NCBI GenBank assembly: GCA_004297225.1
Contig: SCUI01000004.1
Span: 38,724 to 102,723, forward strand
DNA from: Lysobacteraceae bacterium
GTDB lineage: Bacteria; Pseudomonadota; Gammaproteobacteria; Xanthomonadales; Xanthomonadaceae
Length of the DNA stretch: 64,000 bases
Reading direction: 5' to 3'
Shown: piece by piece, positions 19,555 to 28,603 of the stretch
Layout: each line of letters opens with the position of its first letter
Numbering within the stretch: position 1 is the stretch's first letter
The notes under the pieces: generated by a model
Databases searched by the model: none
Told to the model about the DNA's origin: nothing
The model's input: the letters and a program-made list of their open reading frames with translations, nothing else
Made by a program: the position numbers and the translations under genes

Positions 19555-19764
19555 ATGTCGGATCGCCAGACCGGTACCGTCAAGTGGTTCAACGACGCCA
19601 AGGGCTTCGGCTTCATCACCCCGGAGAGCGGCGCGGACCTGTTCGTGCATTTCCGCTCGATCCAGGGCACCGGCTTCAAGTCGCTGCAGGAAGGCCAGAA
19701 GGTTTCCTTCAAGGTCGTCCAGGGCCAGAAGGGCCTGCAGGCCGATGAGGTCCAGCCGCTCTAA
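19555..19764 (+). CDS. cspA: Cold-shock protein (CspA family)
   Basis: [15 protein letters not shown] (RNP1) and DLFVHF (RNP2) are present, with an AAGGAG Shine-Dalgarno 8 nt upstream. A ~200-nt untranslated gap lies upstream. Confidence 0.95.
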   Translation: MSDRQTGTVKWFNDAKGFGFITPESGADLFVHFRSIQGTGFKSLQEGQKVSFKVVQGQKGLQADEVQPL

Positions 19765-19790
19765 GCGGTACGGTCCACACGACCAATGGA

Positions 19791-19820
19791 AAAGCCCGCT
19801 TCGGCGGGCTTTTTCTTTTT
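19791..19820 (+). terminator. Rho-independent terminator of cspA
   Basis: The hairpin aaagcccgc-ttcg-gcgggcttt is followed by a T-rich run. Confidence 0.8.
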
Positions 19821-19888
19821 CTCCATTCAGGCATCACATCGCGCTCGCTATCGTGACCGCGGAATCCAGGGGCCAAAGGAGCCCGGGC

Positions 19889-20707
19889 ATGTGGCAGGCA
19901 AGGATGGCCGTGGTGCTGCTGGCGATCGCCATCGCCGGCTGCGGCCGTGAAGGCGAGGATCCTGCGCGGACACCCCCCGTCGATCCTGCCGTCGCGACCA
20001 CGGCAGTCAAGCCCGAGGCCCCGGAACTGGAGGACGTGATCGAGCGCGATCCGCGCTACGTCATCGGCATCAGCTACCCGCCGATCGCGCGCCAGTATCC
20101 CGGCCTGGCGCGGCTGCTCGAGGCCTACGCCCGCGACGCCCGCGCCGAACTGATGGTCGCGGTCAGCGGCCTGGGCAACAGCAAGCCGGCGGCACCGTAC
20201 GAACTCTCGCTCGCCTTCAGCGAAGTCGCGGCGACCCCGGACCTGGTGGCGATCGCCGCCGACGGCAACACCTACACCGGCGGCGCGCATGCCAATCCGT
20301 TGCTGGCGCGTTTCGTCTGGTTGCCGAAGGAGCAGCGGCAACTCACCACGTCGATCCTGATCCCGGACCCCGCACGGTTGCAGGCGCTGGCCGACTACCT
20401 GCGCGAACACCTGGCGACGGCGTTGTCCGCGCGCATCGACGGCGAGGAATTGCCGCCTGCCGAGCGTGCCCGCATGCTCGAAACCGGCACCCGGATGATC
20501 GACGCCGGCACCAGTCCGGACCCGCGCAACTTCGCCCAGTTCGAACCCGTGCTCGATGGCGCGGGCCGGATCACCGCGCTGCGCTTCGTGTTCCCGCCCT
20601 ACCAGGTCGGGCCCTATTCGGACGGCATGCAGACCGTCGAAGTGCCGGCCGCGGTGTTGCTGCCGATGGTGGCGCCGGGCTACCGTCCGTTGTTCGCGGG
20701 AGGCTGA
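19889..20707 (+). CDS. DUF3298/DUF4163-like lipoprotein (RsiV-like fold)
   Basis: Has a lipobox (AIAGC) and the YTGGAHANP motif characteristic of DUF3298. Confidence 0.7.
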   Translation: MWQARMAVVLLAIAIAGCGREGEDPARTPPVDPAVATTAVKPEAPELEDVIERDPRYVIGISYPPIARQYPGLARLLEAYARDARAELMVAVSGLGNSKPAAPYELSLAFSEVAATPDLVAIAADGNTYTGGAHANPLLARFVWLPKEQRQLTTSILIPDPARLQALADYLREHLATALSARIDGEELPPAERARMLETGTRMIDAGTSPDPRNFAQFEPVLDGAGRITALRFVFPPYQVGPYSDGMQTVEVPAAVLLPMVAPGYRPLFAGG

Positions 20708-20720
20708 ACGGGGAGGGAGC

Positions 20721-21851
20721 ATGGCCTTGCATCCCTTGAAGCATCGGGTCGTGGCCCTGCTCGAAGCGGCCGGGCTGCACGTGGACGGGCCGGGAGATTG
20801 CGACCCGCAGGTGCACGATCCGCATTTCTACGGTCGCGTCGTGCGCCAGGGCTCGCTTGGCCTGGGCGAGTCGTACATGGATGGCGGCTGGACGGTGCGC
20901 TCGCTCGACGGGATGCTGCATCGGCTGCTGCGCCATGGCATCGACCAGCGCGTGCACGGGCTGGCGTCGTGGGCCGACGACCTGCGTGCCTGGGTCCTGA
21001 ACCTGCAGTCCGGGCGGCGCGCGCTGAGGGTCGGCGAGCAGCACTACGACATCGGCAACGACCTGTTCGAGGCGATGCTCGGCCAGCGGCTGGTCTACAG
21101 CTGCGGTTACTGGCGCGAGGCGCGCACGCTGGACGAGGCGCAGGCCGCCAAGCTCGACCTGGCCTGCCGCAAGCTCGGCTTGCGCCCGGGCATGCGCCTG
21201 CTCGACATCGGTTGCGGCTGGGGCGAGGCGCTCAAGTTCGCCGCCGAGCACCATGGCGTCACCGGTGTCGGCGTCACCATCTCGAAGGAACAGGCCGAGT
21301 ACGCGCGCAGGCTGTGCGCGGGGCTGCCGGTGGAGATCCGGCTGCAGGATTACCGCGAGCTGGACGAACCATTCGATCGGATCGTCTCGATCGGCATGTT
21401 CGAGCACGTCGGCGCCAAGAACTACGACATCTATTTCGACGTGGCCCGACGCTGCCTGCGCGACGAGGAGGCAACCGGTGGCGGCCTGTTCCTGCTGCAT
21501 TGCATCGGCAGCAACGTTTCGGTGCGCCACACCGACCCGTGGATCGGGCGTTACATCTTCCCCAATTCGATGCTGCCGTCGGCCGCGCAGATCGCGGCAT
21601 GCACGGAAGGACGATTCGTCACCGAGGACTGGCACAACTTCGGCACCGACTACGACCTGACGCTGCAGGCCTGGCGCGCCAACATCGAGGCCGCCTGGGA
21701 CCGGCTGCCGCGCTACGACGAGCGCTTCCGGCGGATGTGGCGCTACTACCTGGCCGCCTCCATGGCCGCCTTCCGCGCCCGCCGCATCCAGCTCTGGCAA
21801 CTCGTCCTGTCCCCCCGCGGCATCCCCGGCGGCTACCTCGCGCCCAGATGA
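20721..21851 (+). CDS. cfa: Cyclopropane-fatty-acyl-phospholipid synthase
   Basis: Conserved blocks HYDIGNDLFEAMLG, YSCGYW, LLDIGCGWGE and GMFEHVG match Cfa. Confidence 0.9.
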   Translation: MALHPLKHRVVALLEAAGLHVDGPGDCDPQVHDPHFYGRVVRQGSLGLGESYMDGGWTVRSLDGMLHRLLRHGIDQRVHGLASWADDLRAWVLNLQSGRRALRVGEQHYDIGNDLFEAMLGQRLVYSCGYWREARTLDEAQAAKLDLACRKLGLRPGMRLLDIGCGWGEALKFAAEHHGVTGVGVTISKEQAEYARRLCAGLPVEIRLQDYRELDEPFDRIVSIGMFEHVGAKNYDIYFDVARRCLRDEEATGGGLFLLHCIGSNVSVRHTDPWIGRYIFPNSMLPSAAQIAACTEGRFVTEDWHNFGTDYDLTLQAWRANIEAAWDRLPRYDERFRRMWRYYLAASMAAFRARRIQLWQLVLSPRGIPGGYLAPR

Positions 21852-21860
21852 GAAAAAGCC

Positions 21861-21910
21861 TTTGACGCGGATCCACGCGGATCAGATCCGATGAATGGCG
21901 ATCAATCACG
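21861..21910. repeat. GCGGAT-type MITE-like element, copy A (left arm only, apparently truncated)
   Basis: tttgacgcggatccacgcggatcag matches the left terminal arm of copies B-D. I found no matching right arm. Confidence 0.6.
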
Positions 21911-21987
21911 TGCCAAGAAGAGGGCTTCACGCGGCTAGAACGGCTGGATTGCTGAGATGACGATCCGGATTCAGGGAGTCTGCTTCG

Positions 21988-22260
21988 ATGATCGTTCGGT
22001 TGCCGCATTCGCATTCGAGGGAGTTGGACGAGGGCCGCGCGCGGGCGCGGGTGTTCGGCGAGGAGGCCACGGGCCTTTACCCCGGCCAGGCCTGGGGCGA
22101 GGTCGAGCCGCACATGGCCGGCGAGTGGCGCACGGTGCGCGGCAACTCCTCCTTGTCATGGGCCGACGTCCGCAACGATGCGCATTCCGCCTGGCAGGTC
22201 GCCAAGCTCTACCGCGACGACTGCCTGCGCGACCATGCGCCGGTGACGATGACCGGCTGA
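21988..22260 (+). CDS. Small Trp/acidic protein upstream of ku (function unknown)
   Basis: This 90-aa ORF has high third-position GC and ends 10 nt before the ku start. It carries the motif WGEVEPxxxxEW...W..V..D...AW, reminiscent of small stress proteins. The start codon is uncertain. Confidence 0.5.
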   Translation: MIVRLPHSHSRELDEGRARARVFGEEATGLYPGQAWGEVEPHMAGEWRTVRGNSSLSWADVRNDAHSAWQVAKLYRDDCLRDHAPVTMTG

Positions 22261-22270
22261 AGGCCGCGCC

Positions 22271-23176
22271 ATGCCCCGTCCCGTCTGGTCCGGCACGCTG
22301 TCGTTCGGGTTGCTGAACATCCCGGTCTCGCTGATGACCGGCGAGCGCCGCACCGACATTTCCTTCCGCATGCTCGACTCGCGCAACCAGGCGCCGATCC
22401 GCTACGAGCGCGTCAACGCCGAGACCGGCGAGGAAGTGCCGTGGAAGGACATCGTCAAGGCCTACGAGTACGACAAGGGCAGCTACGTCGTGCTGGAGCA
22501 GGACGATATCGCCTCGGCGGCGCCGGAAAGCCATGACGCGATCGAGGTCGAGGCCTTCGTCGACGCCGGCGCCGTGGGGCCGCAGTATTTCGAGAAGCCC
22601 TACGTGCTGGTCCCGGCGAAGAAGGCCGAGAAGGGCTATGTGCTGCTGCGCGAGGCGCTGGAGAAGACCGGCAAGATCGGCATCGCGCGCGTGGTCATCC
22701 GTACCCGCGAACACCTGTGCGCGGTGATGCCGCAAGGCAACGCGCTGCTGCTGATGATGATGCGCTATCCGCAGGAGCTGGTGGACGTGGGCGAATACAA
22801 CATCCCCGCGGGCGCCAAGGGCGACTACCGCATCAGCGCAAGGGAACTGGCGTTTTCCGAGCAACTGATCGATACCATGTCCGGCGAGTGGAAGCCGGAC
22901 GAATACCAGGACGAATTCCGCGAACGCCTGCAGAAGGTGATCCAGGAGCGGATGAAGGCCGACGGCGTGGTCAGGCGCAAGTCCGAGGAGCCTCGGGTGG
23001 AGGAGGGTGCCGCCACCAATGTGGTCGATTTCATGACCCTGCTGCAGCAGAGCATCGACCGCAACAAGCGCACGCCGGCGAAGAAGGCCGCGCCGGCGAA
23101 GAAGGCGGGGAAGAAGGCGCCGGCGAAAGCGGCGAAGAAGGTCGCGAAGAAAAGCGCCGCGCGCAAGCGCGCCTGA
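22271..23176 (+). CDS. ku: Non-homologous end joining protein Ku
   Basis: The N-terminus (RPVWSGTLSFGLLNIPV) matches the bacterial Ku core, and the C-terminal tail is Lys/Ala-rich. Confidence 0.93.
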   Translation: MPRPVWSGTLSFGLLNIPVSLMTGERRTDISFRMLDSRNQAPIRYERVNAETGEEVPWKDIVKAYEYDKGSYVVLEQDDIASAAPESHDAIEVEAFVDAGAVGPQYFEKPYVLVPAKKAEKGYVLLREALEKTGKIGIARVVIRTREHLCAVMPQGNALLLMMMRYPQELVDVGEYNIPAGAKGDYRISARELAFSEQLIDTMSGEWKPDEYQDEFRERLQKVIQERMKADGVVRRKSEEPRVEEGAATNVVDFMTLLQQSIDRNKRTPAKKAAPAKKAGKKAPAKAAKKVAKKSAARKRA

Positions 23177-23188
23177 CGGGGCCGCGCG

Positions 23189-25672
23189 GTGAGCCTGCGC
23201 GAATATGCCCGCAAGCGCCGCTTCGGCGACACCCCGGAACCCGACGACCGCAGTGTCGCCGGCAAGCGCGGCAAGCGCCCGACCTTCGTCGTCCAGCTGC
23301 ACCACGCCCGCGCCCGCCATTACGACTTCCGCCTGGAAATGGACGGCACGCTCAAGAGCTGGGCGGTGCCCAAGGGACCGTCCTATCGCCTCGGCGAGCG
23401 CCGCCTGGCGGTCGAGGTCGAGGACCACCCGCTCAGCTACGCCACCTTCGAAGGCGACATCCCGGAAGGCAACTACGGCGCCGGCCACGTCGACATCTTC
23501 GACCACGGCGTCTGGAGCGCCAGCGGCGATCCGCTGGAAGGCCTGGCGGCGGGCAAGCTCGACTTCACCCTCCACGGCGAGAAGCTCCACGGCGGCTGGA
23601 AACTCGTCCGCACCCAGCAGGTCCGCAGCGGCAAGCCGCAATGGCTGCTGTTCAAGCGCGACGACGAATACGTGGCGGACCTGGAAGCCGACGACCTGAT
23701 CGAAGGGAACGGCAAGCGCAAGGCCGGGAGGGGGAAGCCCTTGAAGGTGAGTAAAAGAGCAGTCGAACCTTCAAGGGCTTCCCCCTCCCGGCGTGGAGCG
23801 TCCCGCGCCAGCCGCAAGCGGGTGGATTGGGCGAAGCGGGCGGCGGCGCTGGACGGGGCGAAGGCGAAGCGGAATTGGACGCCGCCGCTGCCGCAGCTGG
23901 CGACGCTGCGGCAGGCGCCGCCGTCGGGCGACGACTGGCTGCACGAGCTGAAATGGGATGGCTACCGGATGCTGGTGGACATCGCCGGCGGCAAGGTCAA
24001 GCTGCGGTCGCGCAACGGCCTGGACTGGACCGCCGACTACCCCGACATCGTCAAGGCCTTCGAAGCGCTCGGCATCGACGAGGGCACCTTCGACGGCGAG
24101 CTGATCGCGCTCACCGACAAGGGCAACGACGACTTCGCCCTGCTGCAACGCGTGATCTCGGGCAATGCGAACGCACCGCTGAAATACATGCTGTTCGACA
24201 TGCCGTCGCTGGCCGGGCAGGACCTCACCGCGACCCGGCTGCAGGAGCGAAAGGCGCTGCTCGAATCGCTGCTCGAGGGCGCCGCTCCCGTGCTCGGCTT
24301 CAGCCAGCACATCGTCGGCCATGGCGACAAGGTGTTCGCCGCCAGCCGGAAGCAGGGCATGGAGGGCATCGTCAGCAAGGCGCTGGACGCGAAGTACACG
24401 CCCGGGCGCTCGAAGACCTGGCTCAAGTCCAAGCACGCGCAGTCCGACGAGTTCGTGATCGTCGGCTACACACCGCCCAAGGGCGGGCGCAGCGGCTTCG
24501 GCGCGCTGCTGATGGCCACGCGCGAGCGTGGCAAGCTGGCCTACAAGGGTCGGGTCGGTACCGGCTACGACGACGCGATGCTGCGCTCGCTGCTGGCCCG
24601 CCTGCAGCCGTTGGTGCGCAAGGAAGCCGTGGTGGCGTTGCCGTCGCACACGACACTGCGCCCCAGGCACGTGACCTGGGTCGAGCCCAGGCTCGTCGCC
24701 GAAGTGGAGTATCGCGGCTTCGGCAAGGAAGGCCTGCTGCGCCAGGCCAGCTTCAAGGGCGTGCGCGAGGACAAGACGGTGCAGGAAGTCGGCGACCAGT
24801 CGGAGGGAGTCCGCATCACCAGCCCGCAGAAGCTGGTGTTCCCGGAACTGAAGATCCGCAAGCAGCAGGTTGCGGATTTCTATCGCGACATCGCGCCGCT
24901 GCTGCTTGCCGATCTCGCGAACCGGCCGCTGTCACTGGTGCGCTGCCCCGACGGGATCAAGGGCCAGTGCTTCTTCCAGAAGCACCACGCCGCCACCCTT
25001 GGCGCGAACGTGCGCACGGTGCCGATCCGGGAGAAGGACGGCGGCTTCGAGGACTACCTGTACGTCGACGACATCGACGGCGTGCTCGAGCTGGTGCAGA
25101 TGAACGTGCTCGAGTTCCACCCCTGGGGCGCGCGCATCGACGACGTCGAGCGTCCGGACCGGCTGGTGTTCGACCTCGATCCCGGCCCCGGCGTGGATTG
25201 GCCTCGGATCAAGGCGGCGGCGCGCGAAGTGCGCGACCGGCTCCAGGACGCAAGCCTGAAGACCTTCCTGCGCCTGTCCGGTGGCAAGGGCCTGCACGTG
25301 GTGTTGCCGATCCGGCCGGAACAGGAGTGGGCCGATGCCAAGGCCTTCTGCGAGGCGTTCGCGCGGGCGATGGAGCAGCAGGCGCCGGACCGCTACGTGG
25401 CCACCGCGACCAAGTCGAAGCGCCAGGGCGTGATCTTCATCGACTGGTTGCGCAACGGCCGCGGCGCCACCAGCGTCGCCAGCTGGTCGCTGCGCGCGCG
25501 CAAGGAAGCCGGCGTCGCCGTGCCGCTGGCGTGGAGCGAACTCGGGCGCACCAAATCAGGCCACGACTACCCGCTGGACAAGGCCCTGCGCCGCGCCAGG
25601 TCCGCCAAGGCCGACCCCTGGTCCGCCGAAGGCTGGACCGCCGCCCTCCGCCAGTCCCTCCCGCGCTTGTAG
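23189..25672 (+). CDS. ligD: ATP-dependent DNA ligase D (3'-phosphoesterase, ligase and polymerase/primase domains)
   Basis: GTG start. Shows the PE domain (FVVQLHHARARHYDFRLE), the ligase motif I region (ELKWDGYR) and a C-terminal LigD polymerase domain (CFFQKH, FDLDPG). Confidence 0.92.
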   Translation: MSLREYARKRRFGDTPEPDDRSVAGKRGKRPTFVVQLHHARARHYDFRLEMDGTLKSWAVPKGPSYRLGERRLAVEVEDHPLSYATFEGDIPEGNYGAGHVDIFDHGVWSASGDPLEGLAAGKLDFTLHGEKLHGGWKLVRTQQVRSGKPQWLLFKRDDEYVADLEADDLIEGNGKRKAGRGKPLKVSKRAVEPSRASPSRRGASRASRKRVDWAKRAAALDGAKAKRNWTPPLPQLATLRQAPPSGDDWLHELKWDGYRMLVDIAGGKVKLRSRNGLDWTADYPDIVKAFEALGIDEGTFDGELIALTDKGNDDFALLQRVISGNANAPLKYMLFDMPSLAGQDLTATRLQERKALLESLLEGAAPVLGFSQHIVGHGDKVFAASRKQGMEGIVSKALDAKYTPGRSKTWLKSKHAQSDEFVIVGYTPPKGGRSGFGALLMATRERGKLAYKGRVGTGYDDAMLRSLLARLQPLVRKEAVVALPSHTTLRPRHVTWVEPRLVAEVEYRGFGKEGLLRQASFKGVREDKTVQEVGDQSEGVRITSPQKLVFPELKIRKQQVADFYRDIAPLLLADLANRPLSLVRCPDGIKGQCFFQKHHAATLGANVRTVPIREKDGGFEDYLYVDDIDGVLELVQMNVLEFHPWGARIDDVERPDRLVFDLDPGPGVDWPRIKAAAREVRDRLQDASLKTFLRLSGGKGLHVVLPIRPEQEWADAKAFCEAFARAMEQQAPDRYVATATKSKRQGVIFIDWLRNGRGATSVASWSLRARKEAGVAVPLAWSELGRTKSGHDYPLDKALRRARSAKADPWSAEGWTAALRQSLPRL
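23724..23791. repeat. 24-bp perfect inverted repeat with a 20-nt loop, inside the ligD coding sequence
   Basis: ccgggagggggaagcccttgaagg (23724-23747) is the exact reverse complement of ccttcaagggcttccccctcccgg (23768-23791). The AT-richer loop is tgagtaaaagagcagtcgaa. Confidence 0.9.
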
Positions 25673-25680
25673 GTATTCTT

Positions 25681-25794
25681 TTTGACGCGGATCAACGCGG
25701 ATCAAAACGGATAAGAAAATGGGTTCGCGACGATCGGGGAGATCGCCGCGAACCCATCGTCCATCTGCTCTTATCCGCGTTGATCCGCGTCAAA
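25681..25794. repeat. GCGGAT-type MITE-like element, copy B (complete)
   Basis: The terminal inverted repeats are tttgacgcggatcaacgcggat and atccgcgttgatccgcgtcaaa. An internal 11-bp inverted repeat is atgggttcgcg/cgcgaacccat. It lies between convergent ligD and dcp. Confidence 0.85.
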
Positions 25795-25805
25795 TGGCTC
25801 CTGCT

Positions 25806-27983
25806 TCAGTCCAGGCCGCGGCGTTCGAGGAGGGGCTGGATGTCGGGGGCGTGGCCGGCGAAGTCCTGGAACAGTTCCAGCGCGTCCTTGCTGCCGCCCT
25901 GGGACAGCAGCGTGGCGCGGAAGTGGTCGCCGTTCTCGCGGGTCAGGCCACCGTGCTCCTTGAACCACTGCACCGTGTTCGCGTCCAGCACCTCGGACCA
26001 GATGTAGGCGTAGTAGCCGGCCGCATAGCCGCCCATGATGTGGCTGAAGTACGGCGTGCGATAACGCGGCGGCACCGCCGCGAAGTCCAGGCCGACCTTC
26101 TCCAGCGCCGCCGCCTCGAACGGCATCACGCCCTCGGGCGCCGGGATCTGCGCCTGGTCGGTGAGCTGGTGCCATTCCTGGTCCAGCATCGCCGCGGCCA
26201 GGTACTCGGTGGTGGCGAAGCCCTGGTTGAACTTGCTGCTCGCCAGCACCTTGTCCAGCAACTCGCGCGGCATCGGTTCGCCGGTCTGGTAGTGCTTCGC
26301 GTAGTTCGCCAGCACGCTCGGCCAGTCGGACCACATTTCGTTGACCTGCGACGGGAACTCGACGAAGTCGCGCGGCACGCTGGTGCCGGAGAACATCGGG
26401 TACTTCACGTCCGAGAACATGCCGTGCAGCGCATGGCCGAACTCGTGGAACATGGTGGTGACTTCGTCCCAGGTCAGCAGCGTGGGTTCGCCGTCGGCCG
26501 GCTTGGGGATGTTGAGGTGGTTGGCCACCACCGGCAGGAAACCGGTGAGCCTGGACTGGTCGACGTAGGAGTTCATCCACGCGCCGCCACGCTTGGACGG
26601 GCGCGCGTACATGTCGGCGAGGAAGATCGCCAGCTGCTTGCCGTCGCGGTCGAACACGTCGAACACGCGCACGTCGTCCTGGTAGACGGGCAGGTCGTGG
26701 CGTTCCTTGAAGCTCAGGCCGTAGACCTGGTTGGCGGCATGGAACACGCCGTTCTCCAGGACGTTGTCCATTTCCAGGTACGGCTTGAGCTGCGATTCGT
26801 CGAACGCGTACTTGGCCTGGCGCACCTTTTCGGTGTAGTAGGCCCAGTCCCACGGCTGCAGCTGGAAGGTCGGCTCGCCCTTGGCGGCCTGCTCCTGGTC
26901 GATCATCGCCTGCAGGTCCGCGGCTTCCTTGCGCGCGTTCGCCACCGCCGCCGGCGCCAGCCGCGACAGCATCGCGTTCACGGCTTCCGGCGTCTTCGCC
27001 GTCTCGTCGGCCAGCACGAACGAGGCGTAGTCGGGATAGCCGAGCATCTTCGCCCGCTCCAGCCGCAGTTTCATGATCTGCGAGACCAGGCCGGTGTTGT
27101 CGAATTCGTTGCCGCGGCTGCCGCGCGCGACCGAGGCCTCGTGGATGCGCTGGCGCAGCGCGCGATCCTCCAGGTAGGTGTTCGGCGGCTGGCCGGTGGT
27201 GTTCTGCAGCGCGATCACGAACTTGCCGTCCAGGCCGCGCTTCTTCGCCGCCTCGGCGGCCGCGGTGATGTCGGCCTCGGGCAGGCCGGCGAGCTGTTCG
27301 CGGTTGTCCACCACAACGGCGGAGGCGTTGACCTCGGCCAGCACGTTCTGGCTGAACTTCGTGCCCAGCTGCGCCAGCTCGGCGTTGATCGCCTTCAGCC
27401 GCGCCTTGTCGGCGTCGGGCAGCTTGGCGCCGGAGCGGACGAAGTTCTCGTGGTACTTCTCGACCAGCTTGCGGTCCTCGCCGGCGAGACCGGAGGCGTC
27501 GAGGTTGTCGTAGACCGTTTCGATGCGCGCGAACAGCTTCGGGTCGAGGACGATGGCGTCGTTGTGCGCGGAGAACTTCGGCGCGTATTCGGCGCGCAGC
27601 TTCTCGCGCGTGTCGTTGGTGTCGGCGCTGATCAGCGCGTAGAACACCGTCTGCGCGCGCGACAGCGTGCGGCCGGCGCGCTGCAGCGCGACCAGGGTGT
27701 TCTCGAAGGTGGGCGGCTCGGGGTTGTCGGCGATCTTCCTGACTTCGGCCAGCTCCTCGGCCATGCCGCGGTCGAAGGCCGGGGCGAAGTCGGCGTCCTG
27801 GATCCTGTCGAACTGCGGGTAGTGCAGCGGCAGGGGGCTGTCCTGGAAGAACGGGTTGTCCTGCGCCTGCGGTGCGGCGGCTGGGGCGGGAACCGACACG
27901 GGCGATGCGTCCTGTGCGTAAGCGGAAAGGGGGGCGGCGGTGGCCAGCAGGGCGGCCAGGGCCAGGGCGAGCGGATGCCTCAT
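25806..27983 (-). CDS. dcp: M3 family peptidyl-dipeptidase (Dcp-like), secreted
   Basis: Start chosen at MRHPLALALAALLATAAPLSAYA (signal peptide). Carries HEFGHALH plus a downstream Glu, and the length fits M3A. Confidence 0.88.
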   Translation of the reverse strand: MRHPLALALAALLATAAPLSAYAQDASPVSVPAPAAAPQAQDNPFFQDSPLPLHYPQFDRIQDADFAPAFDRGMAEELAEVRKIADNPEPPTFENTLVALQRAGRTLSRAQTVFYALISADTNDTREKLRAEYAPKFSAHNDAIVLDPKLFARIETVYDNLDASGLAGEDRKLVEKYHENFVRSGAKLPDADKARLKAINAELAQLGTKFSQNVLAEVNASAVVVDNREQLAGLPEADITAAAEAAKKRGLDGKFVIALQNTTGQPPNTYLEDRALRQRIHEASVARGSRGNEFDNTGLVSQIMKLRLERAKMLGYPDYASFVLADETAKTPEAVNAMLSRLAPAAVANARKEAADLQAMIDQEQAAKGEPTFQLQPWDWAYYTEKVRQAKYAFDESQLKPYLEMDNVLENGVFHAANQVYGLSFKERHDLPVYQDDVRVFDVFDRDGKQLAIFLADMYARPSKRGGAWMNSYVDQSRLTGFLPVVANHLNIPKPADGEPTLLTWDEVTTMFHEFGHALHGMFSDVKYPMFSGTSVPRDFVEFPSQVNEMWSDWPSVLANYAKHYQTGEPMPRELLDKVLASSKFNQGFATTEYLAAAMLDQEWHQLTDQAQIPAPEGVMPFEAAALEKVGLDFAAVPPRYRTPYFSHIMGGYAAGYYAYIWSEVLDANTVQWFKEHGGLTRENGDHFRATLLSQGGSKDALELFQDFAGHAPDIQPLLERRGLD

Positions 27984-28140
27984 TGTCGATTCTCGGCTGC
28001 GAAACGTGAACACGAAGCGTAGCGCCCCGGCGCCCGCGGCGCCCATGACGAAAGGCACGGGCGCGGCGGCGGCGGCGGGTTCACGCGCGCGAAACCGCGG
28101 TTTGGCGAGGATATCGGCCTTCCCCCGCAACAGGAGCCCG

Positions 28141-28563
28141 ATGATGGAACTGAACACCGTGATGACCGCCAATCCCGCCTGCTGCGGCCGCGAGACTTCC
28201 TTGAAGGAGGTGGCCCGGCTGATGGCCGACAACGACTGCGGGATGATCCCGGTGGTCGACCAGCAGGGCATGCCGCTGGGCACCATCACCGACCGCGACA
28301 TCGCGGTGCGCGCGGTGGCGAAGGGCGGCGACATGAACAATTGCTGCGCCGGCGACTACATGAGCGAGCCGGTGCGCACGGTCTCCCAGGACAGCACCCT
28401 GGCCGACTGCTGCGCGGCGATGGAATCGGCGCAACTGCGGCGCATGCCGGTAGTCGACAGCCAGGGCCGCGTGGTCGGCGTCGTCGCCCAGGCCGACATC
28501 GCCCTCAACTCCAGCCCCTCCACCACCGCCGAAGTCGTCCAGGAAATCTCCCGCCCCAACTGA
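28141..28563 (+). CDS. CBS domain pair protein
   Basis: Two CBS repeats are present (IPVVDQQGMPLGTITDRDI and MPVVDSQGRVVGVVAQADI). A CAGGAG Shine-Dalgarno lies upstream. Confidence 0.85.
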   Translation: MMELNTVMTANPACCGRETSLKEVARLMADNDCGMIPVVDQQGMPLGTITDRDIAVRAVAKGGDMNNCCAGDYMSEPVRTVSQDSTLADCCAAMESAQLRRMPVVDSQGRVVGVVAQADIALNSSPSTTAEVVQEISRPN

Positions 28564-28603
28564 CGGCGTTCCGGATGCTTTTTTTGACGTCCTGCGTCTG
28601 CAC

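Noticed and set aside
23744-23752. AAGGTGAGT within the ligD hairpin loop, which resembles a eukaryotic 5' splice site
   Set aside because: This is a bacterial context and the reading frame continues uninterrupted through the segment. I treat the match as coincidental.
25770-25794. TTATCCGCG/TGATCCGCG units in the MITE-like arms as DnaA boxes
   Set aside because: Only the TTATCC half matches the TTATCCACA consensus. The elements are dispersed at gene 3' ends, and no replication-origin context (dnaA, dnaN, AT-rich unwinding element) is present.
28565-28603. tttttgacgtcctgcgtc downstream of the CBS gene, resembling the termini of the GCGGAT-type element
   Set aside because: The match is under 15 nt, with no inverted partner and no GCGGAT subrepeats. 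It may be a remnant, but that cannot be supported.
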